Positions 1 through 12,400 of a stretch of 64,000 nt of DNA are shown piece by piece. The notes beneath the pieces were generated by a model. That model was not told where the DNA came from. It worked only from the letters and a program-made list of their open reading frames with translations, and made no database searches. Both the position numbers and the translations under genes were made by a program. The DNA lies in the NCBI GenBank assembly GCA_977017645.1, contig OZ360221.1:156116001-156180000 (forward strand), given 5' to 3'. Source of the DNA: Torpedo marmorata (lineage: Eukaryota). The stretch's first letter is position 1; each line of letters begins with the position of its first letter.

Positions 1-370
1 AGTTAAGGTATTAACTAAAGCAGAAGCAGGCTTTAATTCCCAGTGAAGGCCTACCAGTGTGAAGGTGTGCAGGTTTCAGATGCACACAGAGTTTTTACAA
101 GGTTTGCAGCAAAACATCAATTACAATCCATTTGATGCCATTGAACAACCTCATGCTTGTGTTTGTGTCACAGACATAGAAGTCCTTGATTAAATTTGCA
201 AAGTGGTATATGCACAAAGTAGGTAGAAAAACAAAATCATAGGCATCATGTGCTAAAAGTTGCATTGTGAACATGAATTTTCAAGCTTAGATTTTCAGAA
301 CTGTGTTTCTGTCCAAAGCTGAATGAAATCACTGCCTGTCACATTTAATAATTGTTTGGAATTTCTACAG

Positions 371-492
371 GTTCAATTACATGAAAAATATAGAAGCAAA
401 GCTCCAGAAGCCAGCTTTTGAAATAAATGTGTTCAATGACACTCTAATGCAAGGTGACAAGGGAAGTGTTGCGAGTATTGACCTTCCAGAAG
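371..492 (+). CDS. PNGase F-like gene, internal exon A ([10 protein letters not shown]...SIDLPE)
   Basis: Acceptor tttctacAG (369-370) and donor G|GTAATA (493-494). 122 nt, open; the terminal G plus AC of the next exon makes GAC (Asp). Confidence 0.82.
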
Positions 493-3400
493 GTAATATA
501 ACTGATCTTTCCACAACCATTTTACTACGATTCCAATTACAGTAGTACTTTCACTGACTGATATATCTCTAATTACTTATGTTGCTAATCACTACCTCCT
601 GTGATGTTACTTGTAGACAAACAAAAAAATAAGGATTAATTTTCTGACATCCCACTTTTAGTAGGAATATTGTAGCTAATTACCCATAGAACCATAGAAC
701 ATTACAGCACAGAAACAGGCCCCTTCGGCCCTTCTAGTCTTTGCCAAACTATTTTTCTGCCTAGTCCCACTGACCTGCACCCAGTCCATAGCCCTCCATA
801 CATCCCCCATCCATGTACCTGTCCAAATTCTTCTTAAATGTTAAAATTGAACCCGCATTCACCTCTTCAGCTGCAAGCTCATTCCACACCCCCACCACTC
901 TCTGTGTGAAGAAGTTCCCCCTAATGTTCCCCCTAAACTTTTCCCCTTTCACCCTTAACACATGTCCTCTGGTTTGTATCTCACCTACCCTCAGTGGAAA
1001 AAACCTATCTACATTTACTCTTGTCTATCCCCCTCATAATTTTAAATACCTCTATCAAATCTCCCCTCATTCTGCTATGCTCCAGGGAATAAAGACCTAA
1101 CCTGTTAAACCTTTCCCTGTAACTCAGTTCCTGAAGTCCGGGCAACATCCTAGAAAATCTTCTCTGCACTCTTTTAATCTTAATGATATCTTTCCTGTAG
1201 TTAGGTGACCAACACTGAACATAATGCTCCAAATTTGGCCTCACCAATATCTTATACAACTTTACCATAACATCCCAACTCCTATAATCAATACTTTGAT
1301 TTATGAAGGCCAATATGGCAAAAGCTCTATTCACAACCCTATCTACCTGTGATGCTACTTTCAGGGAATTATGTATCTGTGTTCTCAGATCCCTCTGTTC
1401 CACCGCACTCCTCAGTGCCCTACCATTTACCGTGTATGACCTTTCTTGGTTTGTCCTTCCAAAATGCAACACCTCACACTTGTCGACATTAAATTCCATC
1501 TGCCATTTTCAGCCCATTTTTCCAGCTGGTCTAGATCCCTCTGCAAGCTTGGAAAGCCTTCCTCGTTGTCCACAATGCCTCCTTGTGTCACCTACAAACT
1601 TGCTGATCCAATTGACCACGTTATCATCCAGAGCATTGATATAGATGACAAACAACAATGGTCCCAGCACCGATCCCTGAGGTACACCACTAATCACAGG
1701 CTTCCAGTCTGAGAAGCAATCATCCACCACCACTCTCTGGCTTCTCCCGTATAGCCCATGTCGAATCCAGTTTACTACCTCAACATGAATACCGAGCTTC
1801 TGAACCTTCCAGACTAACCTCCCATGTGGGACCTTGTCAAAGGCCTTACTAAAGTCCATGTAGACAACATCCACAGCCTTTCCTTCATCAATTTTCCTGG
1901 TAACCTCCTCGAAAAACTCTATCAGATTAGTTAAACACGACCTACCACACACAAATCCATGTTGACTGTCCCTAATCAGTCCCTGGCTATCCAAATACTT
2001 GTATATCTGGTCGCTTAGAACACCTTCCAATAATTTACCTACTATTCATGTCTGGCTCACTGGCCTATAATTTTGGAGCCTTTTTAAAACAACGGAACAA
2101 CATGAGCTACCCTTCAAACCTCTGGCACCACACCTGTGACTAAAGACATTTTAAATATTTCTCCCAGAGCCCCTGCGATTTCTACACTAGCCTCCCTCAA
2201 GGCCCGAGGGAATATCTTGTCAGGCCCTGGGTATTTATCCTCCCTTATTTGCTTTAAGGCACCAAGCACCTCCTCCTCTTTAATCTGTGTAGGTTCCATG
2301 ACCTCACTGCTTGTTTTCCTAACTTTCTTTAACTCTGTGCCAGTTTCCTGAGTAAATACTTCTGCAAAAAAGCCATTTAAGATCTTCCCCATCTCTTTTG
2401 GCTCCATACATAGCCGATCACTCTGATCTTCAAGGGGACCAATTTTGTCCTTTACTATCCTTTTGCTCTTAATATACCTTTAGAAACCCTTAGGATTTGC
2501 CTTCACGTTGTCTGACAAAGCAATCTCATGTCTTCTTTTAGCCTTCCTGATTTTTTTTCTTGCATTTTTTATGCTCCTCAAGTACCTCATTTGCTCTGTG
2601 TTGCCTATACCTGCTCTACACCTCTCACTTCTTCCGAACTAGATCTCCAATGTCCCTTGAAGACCAAGGTTCCCTATGCCTGTTAACTTTGCCTTTAATT
2701 CTGACAGGAACATTCAACTCAGTACTCTCAAAATTGCACCTTTTTAGGTCTTCCACTTACCTCGCACATCCTTGCCAGAAAACAACTTATCCACACATTC
2801 TTGATCCTTCCTCATTTCCTCAAAATTGGCCTTTCTCCACATTAGAATCTCAACCCAAGGACCAGACCTATCCTTCTCCATAATTAACTTTTGAAACTAA
2901 TGGCATTATAGTGACTTCGATCCAACAATAGTCACCTGGAGGCTAAGTGAGATACTTGTCTTTGACGTGTTTCAATTAATTTATTAACAAAGTCCAATAT
3001 ATTCAAAAACTTTATTTACACACGTGACTTGCAGCAATCTTCAATGACTTAAATATAAACAGTTCTTGATAACGATGTATAATGAGTTCCTTTAAACGAT
3101 TCCTTTGACTGTATTTAGATGTTCAATTAAATGACTTTAAACCATAATGAAACTAGTTTAAATGTTCAATGAAACGCTCAATGAAACGGTCAATAAAAGA
3201 TATGGCGATCTCACTCACCCTCTTCTAAGCCTCCATCTTTTTCAATACTTTTTACCCGATTCGCGCATGCTCAATGCGCCTATTCCACCGCGCACACTCC
3301 ATCGCGCACACTCCACCTCCCACACTACACCGCGCACAATGCCGTCAATTCCAGACTGCGCATGCGCCCGTCGGCACTCCAGCGCATGCGCAGAGCACTA

Positions 3401-6400
3401 AACAGGCCGAGGACGGCCTACAAACACCACGACTCCTCCGTAACCCGCCGAGACATCGGAGCACCACGACCAAGGTAAGTAATTAAGCCTACGGCTCTTA
3501 CACCGGCCCCTAATTATAATTAGACGCAATGTCTTAAATAATAATTACACTATACCATTGACCCTTCTATTGCTTTCTTTTTTGCCTTGGCAATAGTAAT
3601 GTTTGCTTCCAGCTCCTGCTGTTCTTTTCTCTGCCTTAGCTGCTCCTGCATTTGTCTTAGCTGCTCCTCCTGTCGTTCTAAAATATGTTTATCCTTAAGC
3701 ATTTTTTGTTGTGCAAAAAGAGCGGCCAAGTCAACTTCAATCTTTGTACGTGAAGATGCAGAACTTGAAATACGAGAAACTCTGGAGCTCAAACCAGAAC
3801 TTCGTTTGCTTCTCCTGCTTTCAGCATTTGAGACACTGACACTTGCTTGTATTTCGTCCTGCACGTCATATGTTGTCTTCATACTTACCTCTTTCTCCAA
3901 TTCGAATTGTACATCCTTTGCATCTTCAACCTCTTCAATTTCTTCATCATTTTCTTCATCCTCTTCATTTGGTTACACAATTTCAGCCATTTCCACGTTA
4001 TCTTCTTGTTCATCTAATGAAGCTGCCTCTTCTTCCTTTGCCAGCTTCAATCTTGTGATGAGAACCTTTTTATTTCCACTTATGTCCTTTTTCAGTCGCT
4101 TCAATTCTTCTTTAATATCCGCAACCTTCATGTCTTCAATACGTTGGTCCTCTACAGCAACATCAGCGGTTGCTGCATCAGCTGCTGATACATCAGTGGC
4201 TGCTGTATCAGAGGCTGCTGCGGCCATTTTACTCATCTTGTTCCACTGTCCTTCAAGCATACACAACACTAGCCAAATCAACAGTCCCCAATGGACCAGC
4301 GGCAGCAATTCCAATCTGTGTTCTTACTTGCCAAAGATACACAGAAGGAGTCCACAGACTTATATGCCTACCACTTCAGATGACTGTAATGTGCTGCTAT
4401 TCACAAACGAGTTTCAACCACAACATCCGTCAATAATATCGCTGTTTTTCCAAAAATGGTTTCTCCAACGTATTGATAGTACACTTTACTATAAGATTTG
4501 AAGCTTTAAATCCCTCTCTGGCTGCTACTCATGGCAGATGGATGTGGATTACAAACTGCCCCCAACTCGAGGCATCTCCAAGATGGCCACCATTTTATTT
4601 TAAATATCAGTCCAAAGCACAGAGAGATTATTCTATCTTCTTTCCTTCAATTTTCTGTTCCAAACAACCACTTTTATTGACTAATAATATAGTGACTTCG
4701 ATCCAACAATAGTCACCTGGAGGCTAAGTGAGATACTTGTCTTTGACGCGTTTTAATTAATTTATTAACAAAGTCCAATATGTTCAAAAACTTTATTTAC
4801 ACACGTGACTTGCAGCAATCTTCAATGACTTAAATATAAACAGTTCTTGATAACGATGTATAATGAGTTCCTTTAAACGATTCCTTTGACTGTATTTAGA
4901 TGTTCAATTAAATGACTTTAAACCATAATGAAACTAGTTTAAATGTTCAATGAAACGCTCAATGAAACGGTCAATAAAAGATATGGCGATCTCACTCACC
5001 CTCTTCTAAGCCTCCATCTTTTTCAATACTTTTTACCCGATTCGCGCATGCTCAATGCGCCTATTCCACCGCGCACACTCCATCGCGCACACTACACCTC
5101 CCACACTACACCGCGTACAATGCCGTCAATTCCAGACTGCGCATGTGCCCGTCGGCACTCCAGCGCATGCGCAGAGCACTAAACAGGCCGAGGACGGCCT
5201 ACAAACACCGCGACTCCTCCGTAACCCGCCGAGACATCGGAGCGCCGCGACCAAGGTAAGTAATTAAGCCTACGGCTCTTACAGGCATTATGATCACTGG
5301 ACCCACAATGTTCCCTTACACATACTTCTGTCACCTGTCCTGTCTCATTTCCGAATAGGAGATCCAGTATTGCACTCTCTCCAGTTGGTATCTTTATATA
5401 TTGTTTTACAAAACTTTCCTGAACACATTTGACAAACTCCAAGACATCCAGCCTTTTTACAGTATGGGAGTCCCAGTCAAAATATGTGGAAATTTAAAAT
5501 CTCCTACTATCACAACTTAATGTTTCCTACAGCTGTCTGCTAACTCTCTACAGATTTGCTCCTCCAATTCTCGCTATTGGGCGGTCTATAATACAACCCC
5601 GTGAGTGTGGTCATACCTTTCCCATTCCTCAGCTCCACCCATATAGCCTTAGTAGACGAGCCCTCTGGTCTGTCCAGTCTGAGCACAGCTGTGATATTTT
5701 CCCTGATGATCAATGCCACTCCTCCCCCTTTCATCCTTCCTGATCTATCGTGTCTGAAACAACGGAAGTGCGGAACATTGAGGTGCCAGTCCTGCCCCTC
5801 CTGTAAGCAAGTTTCACTAATGGCCACAATGTCATAATTCCACGTGTCAATCCATGCTCTAAGCTCGTCTGACTTTCCGACAATACTCCTTGCATTGAAA
5901 TAGGTGCACCTGAGAAAATTTCCACCACGTACAACCCTTTGATTTCTGACTTTATGTGCAGTCTTCACATCATCTTTTCCTTCCTCCACTCCTCTATCTG
6001 CTCTGGCACTCTGGTTCCCAATCTCCTGCAAATCTGGTTTAAACCCCCCCCCCACCCCCCGGAGCAGTACTAGCAAACCTTCCCTCAAGGATATTAGTCC
6101 CCCTCCAGCTCAGATGCAAACCATCCCGTGGCACAGGTAGCAATCCTGAGATCACAACCCTCGTGGACCTGTCGTTCAACTTTGCGCCTATCTCCCTGAA
6201 CTCTCTTTGCAGGACCTCATCACCCTTCCTACCCACGTCATTGGTCCCTACATGGATCTTGACATCTGGCTGCTCACCCTCTCTCCTGAGAACTCGATCT
6301 GCGATATCTCAGACCCTGGACCAGGGAGGCAACGTACCATCCAGGAATCTTGATCCCTTCTACAGAACCTCTTATCTGTCCCCCTATGGAATCCTCTATC

Positions 6401-9400
6401 GCTACAGCTCGCCTCATATCCTCCCTTCCTTCCTTAGCCACCCAGACCAGACTCCATCCCAGAGACCTGATCGCTGTGGCTTGTCCCTGGTAGGTCCCCC
6501 CACCCCCCAACAGTTTCCAAAAAGATATACTTGTTATTGAGGGGAACGGCCACAGGGGTGCCTGTTCCCTTTCCCTCTCCTGACTGTCACCCAACTACCC
6601 TCCTCCTGCCTCCTAGGTGTGATAGTGTCTCTGTAACTCCTGTCTATCACCCCCTCTGCCTCCCAAATGATCCTTAACTCTGTTTGTAAGGAGCTGCAGC
6701 TGGATGCACTTCTCGCAGATGAAGTCGTCAGGGATACTGCTGGCTTCCCTGACAACACATATTCTGCAAGAAGAGCATTCCCCTGACTTGGCTGCCATTG
6801 CCACTCTCTATGACTAGAGGAAAAAATATATGATAAATAAAATAAAATATATGATCAATAAATGGGCAGCACGGATGGCGCTACGCCTTTACAGCGCCAG
6901 CGACCGGGACTGGGGTTCAAATCCTGCGCTGTTTGTAAGGAGTTTGTTCATTCTCCCCGTGTCTGCATGAGTTTTCCCCCGGGGGCTCCAGTTTCCTCCC
7001 ACAGTTCGAAACGTACCGGGGGTGTAGGTCAATTGGGTGTAAATTAGGCGGCATGGACACATGGGCCGAAATGGCCTGTTACCGTGCTGTATGTCTAAAT
7101 TTAAAAATTAAATTAAAAACCTGCCTTTACTACTTTTCAAAGAATGAAAGATAAATTTAATATATTAAATAATACGTATTTTGCCTATTTCCAAATTAAA
7201 GCATTTTTAGTTGAAAGGTTGGGCCATAATTTGACTTTACCTCGACAAAGTGAATTTGAATTATTAGTTACAAATGGAGGTGTAAATAAATTTATTTCTC
7301 AAATGTATAAATTATTACAGAGGAAAATGCCTAAAGTAGCTATCCATAAATCAAGATTAAAATGGGAATCAGATTTGAATGTAACTATAGAGGAAAAACA
7401 CTGGAAAGAATTATGTAAACTAAGTATGACTAAGATTATTAATGTTAGATATAGATTAGTGCAGTATAATTTTTTCCATCAATTATATTTAACACCTAAA
7501 AGATTAAAGAAATTTAATCCGACATTATCAGATTTATGTTTCAGATGTAATAGAGAGGAAGGTTCTTTTGTACATTCTACATGGTTTTGTCCAAAGATTT
7601 CTGATTTTTGGTTGAAAGTTAAGGAATTTTTGGACAAAGTATTAAGAATTACACTCCCAATGGATCCTATGATATTTTTATTCGGAGATATTAAAAGAAT
7701 TAGTATTATAACGAAATTAAATATGTATCAAATAGAGTTTTTGAGAATTGCTCTAGCTGTTGCTAAGAAATGCATTGCTATTACTTGGAAATCTGATGTA
7801 GATTTAGGTTTAGAAAGGTGGCATGCAGAACTTCGTTCATGTATACCACTTGAAAAAATTACTTATAATATACGTAATAAATATCATTTCTTTTTGAAAA
7901 CTTGGAGCCCATACATAAAAGCGGTTGGTCTAAGAATTTGAAGATCTCCAGAGATCAGATCAGACTGGTGAACCTATTTTCCACAATAGATTTAGTTTAT
8001 AGTTGTTCTTTGTTGTAGATTGACATTCTCCTTATTTTATCTTTTTCTTTTTTATCTTATTCTATCTTTTTCTTTCTTTTATTTTATAGATTAGTAGGGG
8101 TGGGAGGGTTAGGGTGGGGAGGGTGGTTGGGGGGGAGAAAATGTATTACATGTATTTTGATAATTTTATATTACGCTTTATGTATTTTGTGATTTAAAAA
8201 TTTTAAATAAAATATTTAAAAAAAAACAAAAACCTGCCTTTACCCGTGCCTACCTGCTGAATCCTTTTTGTTCCTCGATGGCGGCGCTGCCGGAGCCACT
8301 GTAATGGCAGCGCTGCCGCTGGTGCGGACCCACGGGGAGCGAGGAGCGGAGATACAGCGCTCCCGCGGGGTCCAACTGCCCAGTCAACTGCCGTCAGCTC
8401 CGTACGGACTTTGAACGGCCCGTTAAAGGAGCTGACGGTAGTTTTATTTAAATTCCCGTGACCGCGGGGTCTGCGCCCAAGTTGGCAGCGCCTCTGATCG
8501 GCAGCAGCCACGAGGGGTTGCAGACTCCAGGGGAGCAGAGGACTGGCGCAGGGCACCAGAAAACGGGGAGACCATCCCCATCTGAGAAGGAGAAGCAGAG
8601 GAGACGACCCACAGGGTGGTGACCATGGCGGCGGACCAGTGAGGGGTTCTGCGGCTGAAAGACCAATGCATGCGGCGGGCTGCTGGCGACTCGAGGCGAG
8701 GAACCCGCGGAGGCTGTGGGCTGCTGGAGACTGCTGTCGGGAGACTCGCGCCAGGCTGCGGACTGCTGGAGACTGGTTCGAACTGGCTGAAGGGGTACCA
8801 AGTATCGGAACCGGGATGCGAGGGGGTGCCGAAGGCGCTGAAGGGTTCCTGACTGTGTCGGAGGTTCGGATCTGGAGCTCGGGTTGCCAATAGTTTGGAC
8901 TGGACTCTGTGTGGTTGCGGAGGTGCTGGAGGCGAATCTACGGAACCTGGGTGACTCTGGGGGGACTCTCTTTTGCTTCTCTTTCTCTGACTGTAAGAGG
9001 CACTTCAGGCAATTTCTGCCGATGGCGAATCTGTCTGCCTTACAGCAGGCAACAGCAATTTTGTGTAATATGACACTGTTTTATTGCATGACAATATCTT
9101 GAATCTTGAATAGGGTGGCCCTTACTTAGTTCAACTCCTGCACCACCACCTCAGCCTCTTTTCGCTGAAGCCTCTTGAGCCAAAGCCTTACTACTCTGAC
9201 TCAGAGCACTCCGACGATGACCCGAAGACAGTGTTCCCTATATTTGATGCCTCAAAACCTGGAAACTTATTTTTAAACAGTTGTTAAAGCACATCATTTC
9301 AAATTATTTATTTTCCACTGAAAGCATTCACAATATTTTTCAAGTATTCTTTTGAATGTGTATTTACTGAAATCATTCATCTTGAGGTTTTTTTTCAATT

Positions 9401-12400
9401 TCCAATCCTGGATGACAAAACAATGAACCATGATAAGGACAGATGATGTCATTTTGACCCCTCAGTGAACTCTGTTCTTGGCTGGATCACTGTACAACTT
9501 CCTTGTTGATGTTGTGGTGATATTTAGTTGATGTGACATCATATTACATTTATCCGTCATTTTGTTAGCATTTAAATATGTGGCCCAATCCAAGCTAATG
9601 TCACGTGATCAACTACTGAAAAAAAAGTCAATCGATAATATTTTACGAATAAAATTGAAGTTAACAATAAGAAAAATGCTGATCCTTTTTCTGTTAAGAA
9701 AAATAGTTCTTGTGTGTGCAGACCATGAGTATGTCCTGTATGTCCTGGGGATTTTTATTTATTAACCAGGCTATCAAAGAGAAAGTTCAAGGAACTGCAT
9801 TTTATTTGTTTGGTTATTTTCTCAGAGTGCATGTTTGAGCAAATTGAGCATGCTTGAAGGATGATATCATTTAACTGTTTTGTATTTCGTGTGGCACTGC
9901 AAACAAAGATGAGGAAAGGTGGCTCCTTAATAAAAGTGGAATAGGGGACCATTTGCGTGAAGACTGAATATTTACAGTCAACATTAAGTAAGGTATAAGG
10001 AGAGAGCAGGAATATGGTATTGAGATACCATAATGTGTGCGCACACTAACCATCCGAGACTCATATTCATGAAACAATATTTATTTATTTATATGAAATA
10101 CTTGTCATTCATATGTATTGTTTGTCTGTATGCGTGTTATGTCTGGTTGTGTGTCTGCATGTTTTGTACTGAGGACCGGAGAACGCTGTTTCGTCAGGTT
10201 GTACTTGTACAATCAGATGACAATAAACTTGACTTGACTTGATAGGACAGGCCATGATTGTATTGAATCAGGTCTGTTTCAAGAATAATTTTTCAAGAAA
10301 GTAATATTATATTAATTTTTTCTTTTTCCTTCTTTTGTAGATTTTAGGAAGGGGAAGGAGTGGGTAGAGGGTGGGATTAGAAATATTAAGTAATAATTTT
10401 AATTTGAAATGTTTGAAAAATGTTATAAGGGTTTGGGGGGGTTAAGGGAAGGGGTAGATTCACTATGTAATACAATATAATTATAAAAGATTTCTCTGAA
10501 GTTAATATATATTATTCATGTATTACTGTGTGAAAATTTAAAATAAAATATTCAAAAAAAAGAATAATTTTTCCTGCTCCTTTTTTTAATGTTTTTTAAT
10601 TTTTAAAAATAATCAAGTACATGACTACATTTGAATGGCATTTGACTAAATTATTGCGTTATTTTAATTGTATAATCCTCAGTGATATGATTTTTTTAGA
10701 ATATTGAAAGTAATTTTAAGCACTGATTTTAAAAGGATTTTGGTTGTTGGAGAAGATTGATGTGGATGAATCTTATTATACTATCTCGAGGATATTATAC
10801 TAACTGGATATTGATATTGATGTTCAATTTATTGTCATTTTACACTACTTACATAGAGTAAAACAAAATGGAGTTTCCCTGGACAGTTCCCACAAAAACA
10901 CGAGTCAAGACCAAGACAATGCCTATTGACAAACAAAACAAACATTACTAACCAAAACAGCCCCTACCCACTACTCAACCTGTCGAGGAAGCCGCCATCT
11001 ACAGCAGGCAAGCAGCCACCATGGGCACCAGACAAAACAACCAGGTTCAAACCGTTTACCAGCCAAGAAGCCGCCGTAATCCAAGCGCCGCCATCTTAAA
11101 CGCGCTCGTGGTAAGGACACACTAAACACACGATAATTAAGAAAAACACAAGGACACCCCATACATGAATAACCCCCCTCGCTACAACAGTGACGACAAT
11201 ACTACAAACAGTAGGGTCGGACAATAGGCTCGATGCCACAACAAAAACTACTCAGCACAGAATTGCCCCAGTTCATTTAACCCAGAGTTCCAGTGCCCTA
11301 CGCCCATGTCCAGGAGGGAAAAAACCCCACTGAGTCCTTGGCCGCCGACTTCTCCTCCGTCTCCCTCCAACATCGCACCTCGCAGTGCCACTGCGACTGG
11401 GTTTCCCATCGTCCGCCCCAGCCGACCCCACCATCGAACTCCCCGCCGTTCTCTGCAGCATACTCCGGTCTTCACAGTCGCAGAATCTCTGTGAGTACTT
11501 GCTTGGAAGCGTGGAAGCTGTCCCAACCCCGTCCTCCGAGCTCCAACTGGTCGCTCTGCCACCGTCCTCCAAACGTCCTCAGCTGCCTTCGCGTCGTATC
11601 CTCACCTCGGCTGCCGTCGCCACTCGGCCCTGAGGATTGAAGGCCTACTACCGCAGTATCAATCCGGTCCGTGAAAGTGCCCTGGGACCTCACCCGGTGC
11701 TGTTGTTGTGTTCAAGATGTTCCTCGACGCTTCATTTATCCGATCCGATGATTGTGCACGGCTCTTAACATGAAGCATGCACAAACCCGGAGGAGCCGCT
11801 GCAAGTTACCCGCGCCGCCGCCATCTTGGGAACTGAGGAGGATATTAATTCAAATTTATCAGCTCAAAAATACCAGTAAATGAACAGATTCACTGAATCA
11901 GTGGAATGGATATGTGGAGTGGCTTTCAAGCAAAAATAGTTAATTATGTCATCTACCAATTGGGGAATTAAGCACCGGTCTCTCGTATTACAGGAGGGGA
12001 TACTAACCACGATACCAAGGAAGAAACCCGCCCCCCCACAGATGTTGCTCAGATTACTGTGTTTTATTCGGGTGTCTACATGTTTTTCTAGATTCCCGAA
12101 GAAGAACTCAAGCCTGATATGTTGATTGCCTTTTACTTCGTATGAATTCTGTGTGACCAGCTGAGTTTCTCCAGCACTTTTGTGTATTGCATTGTTCTTC
12201 CAGCAGTTTGTTTTTTTTTCATTCCAGATTCCAGCTTCTGCATTCTCTTGGGTCTCTAGTTAATTATATATCAGTAGTTTGCTTTCAAGCAATATAAAAA
12301 TAAATTATGTACAATTTTTCCTCAGGAAGTCAATTAGAGACCATTATATCATGTAATGTTTAATTTCAAATAAACTTTAGCAGGATTTTTAAATGCAGGA

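Larger units (their letters stand above)
685..9225 (-). mobile_element. Near full-length, decayed CR1 LINE (ORF1 zinc finger/esterase; ORF2 EN-RT) interrupted by four nested insertions
   Basis: 3' (catagaac)n tail at about 685. RT pieces in ORFs 761-2407 ([27 protein letters not shown]). APE endonuclease in 5540-6088 ([20 protein letters not shown]). ORF1 CxxC...CxxC at 6613-6804. CR1-like 5' sequence resumes at 8244-8262 and 9112-9225. Confidence 0.9.

Noticed and set aside
1-370. Possible additional upstream exon of the host gene
   Set aside because: No open, splice-bounded frame of matching phase with recognisable protein similarity was found by eye.
3587-4501. 304-aa Ser-rich ORF on the + strand
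   Set aside because: Antisense shadow of the E/K-rich LTR gag frame; low complexity and no independent motif.
3162-5267. Duplicated 79-aa and 70-aa ORFs
   Set aside because: They lie inside the two LTRs, so the duplication is explained by the LTR structure.
8203-9102. Multiple overlapping ORFs in GC-rich DNA (also 10971-11693 and 29339-31552)
   Set aside because: Expected from high GC content inside repeats; no recognisable domain or splice context.
11953-12024. Functional tRNA (GTA anticodon would read Tyr)
   Set aside because: Acceptor stem and T-loop/B box are disrupted and the body is Asp-type, so it is treated as a pseudogene.
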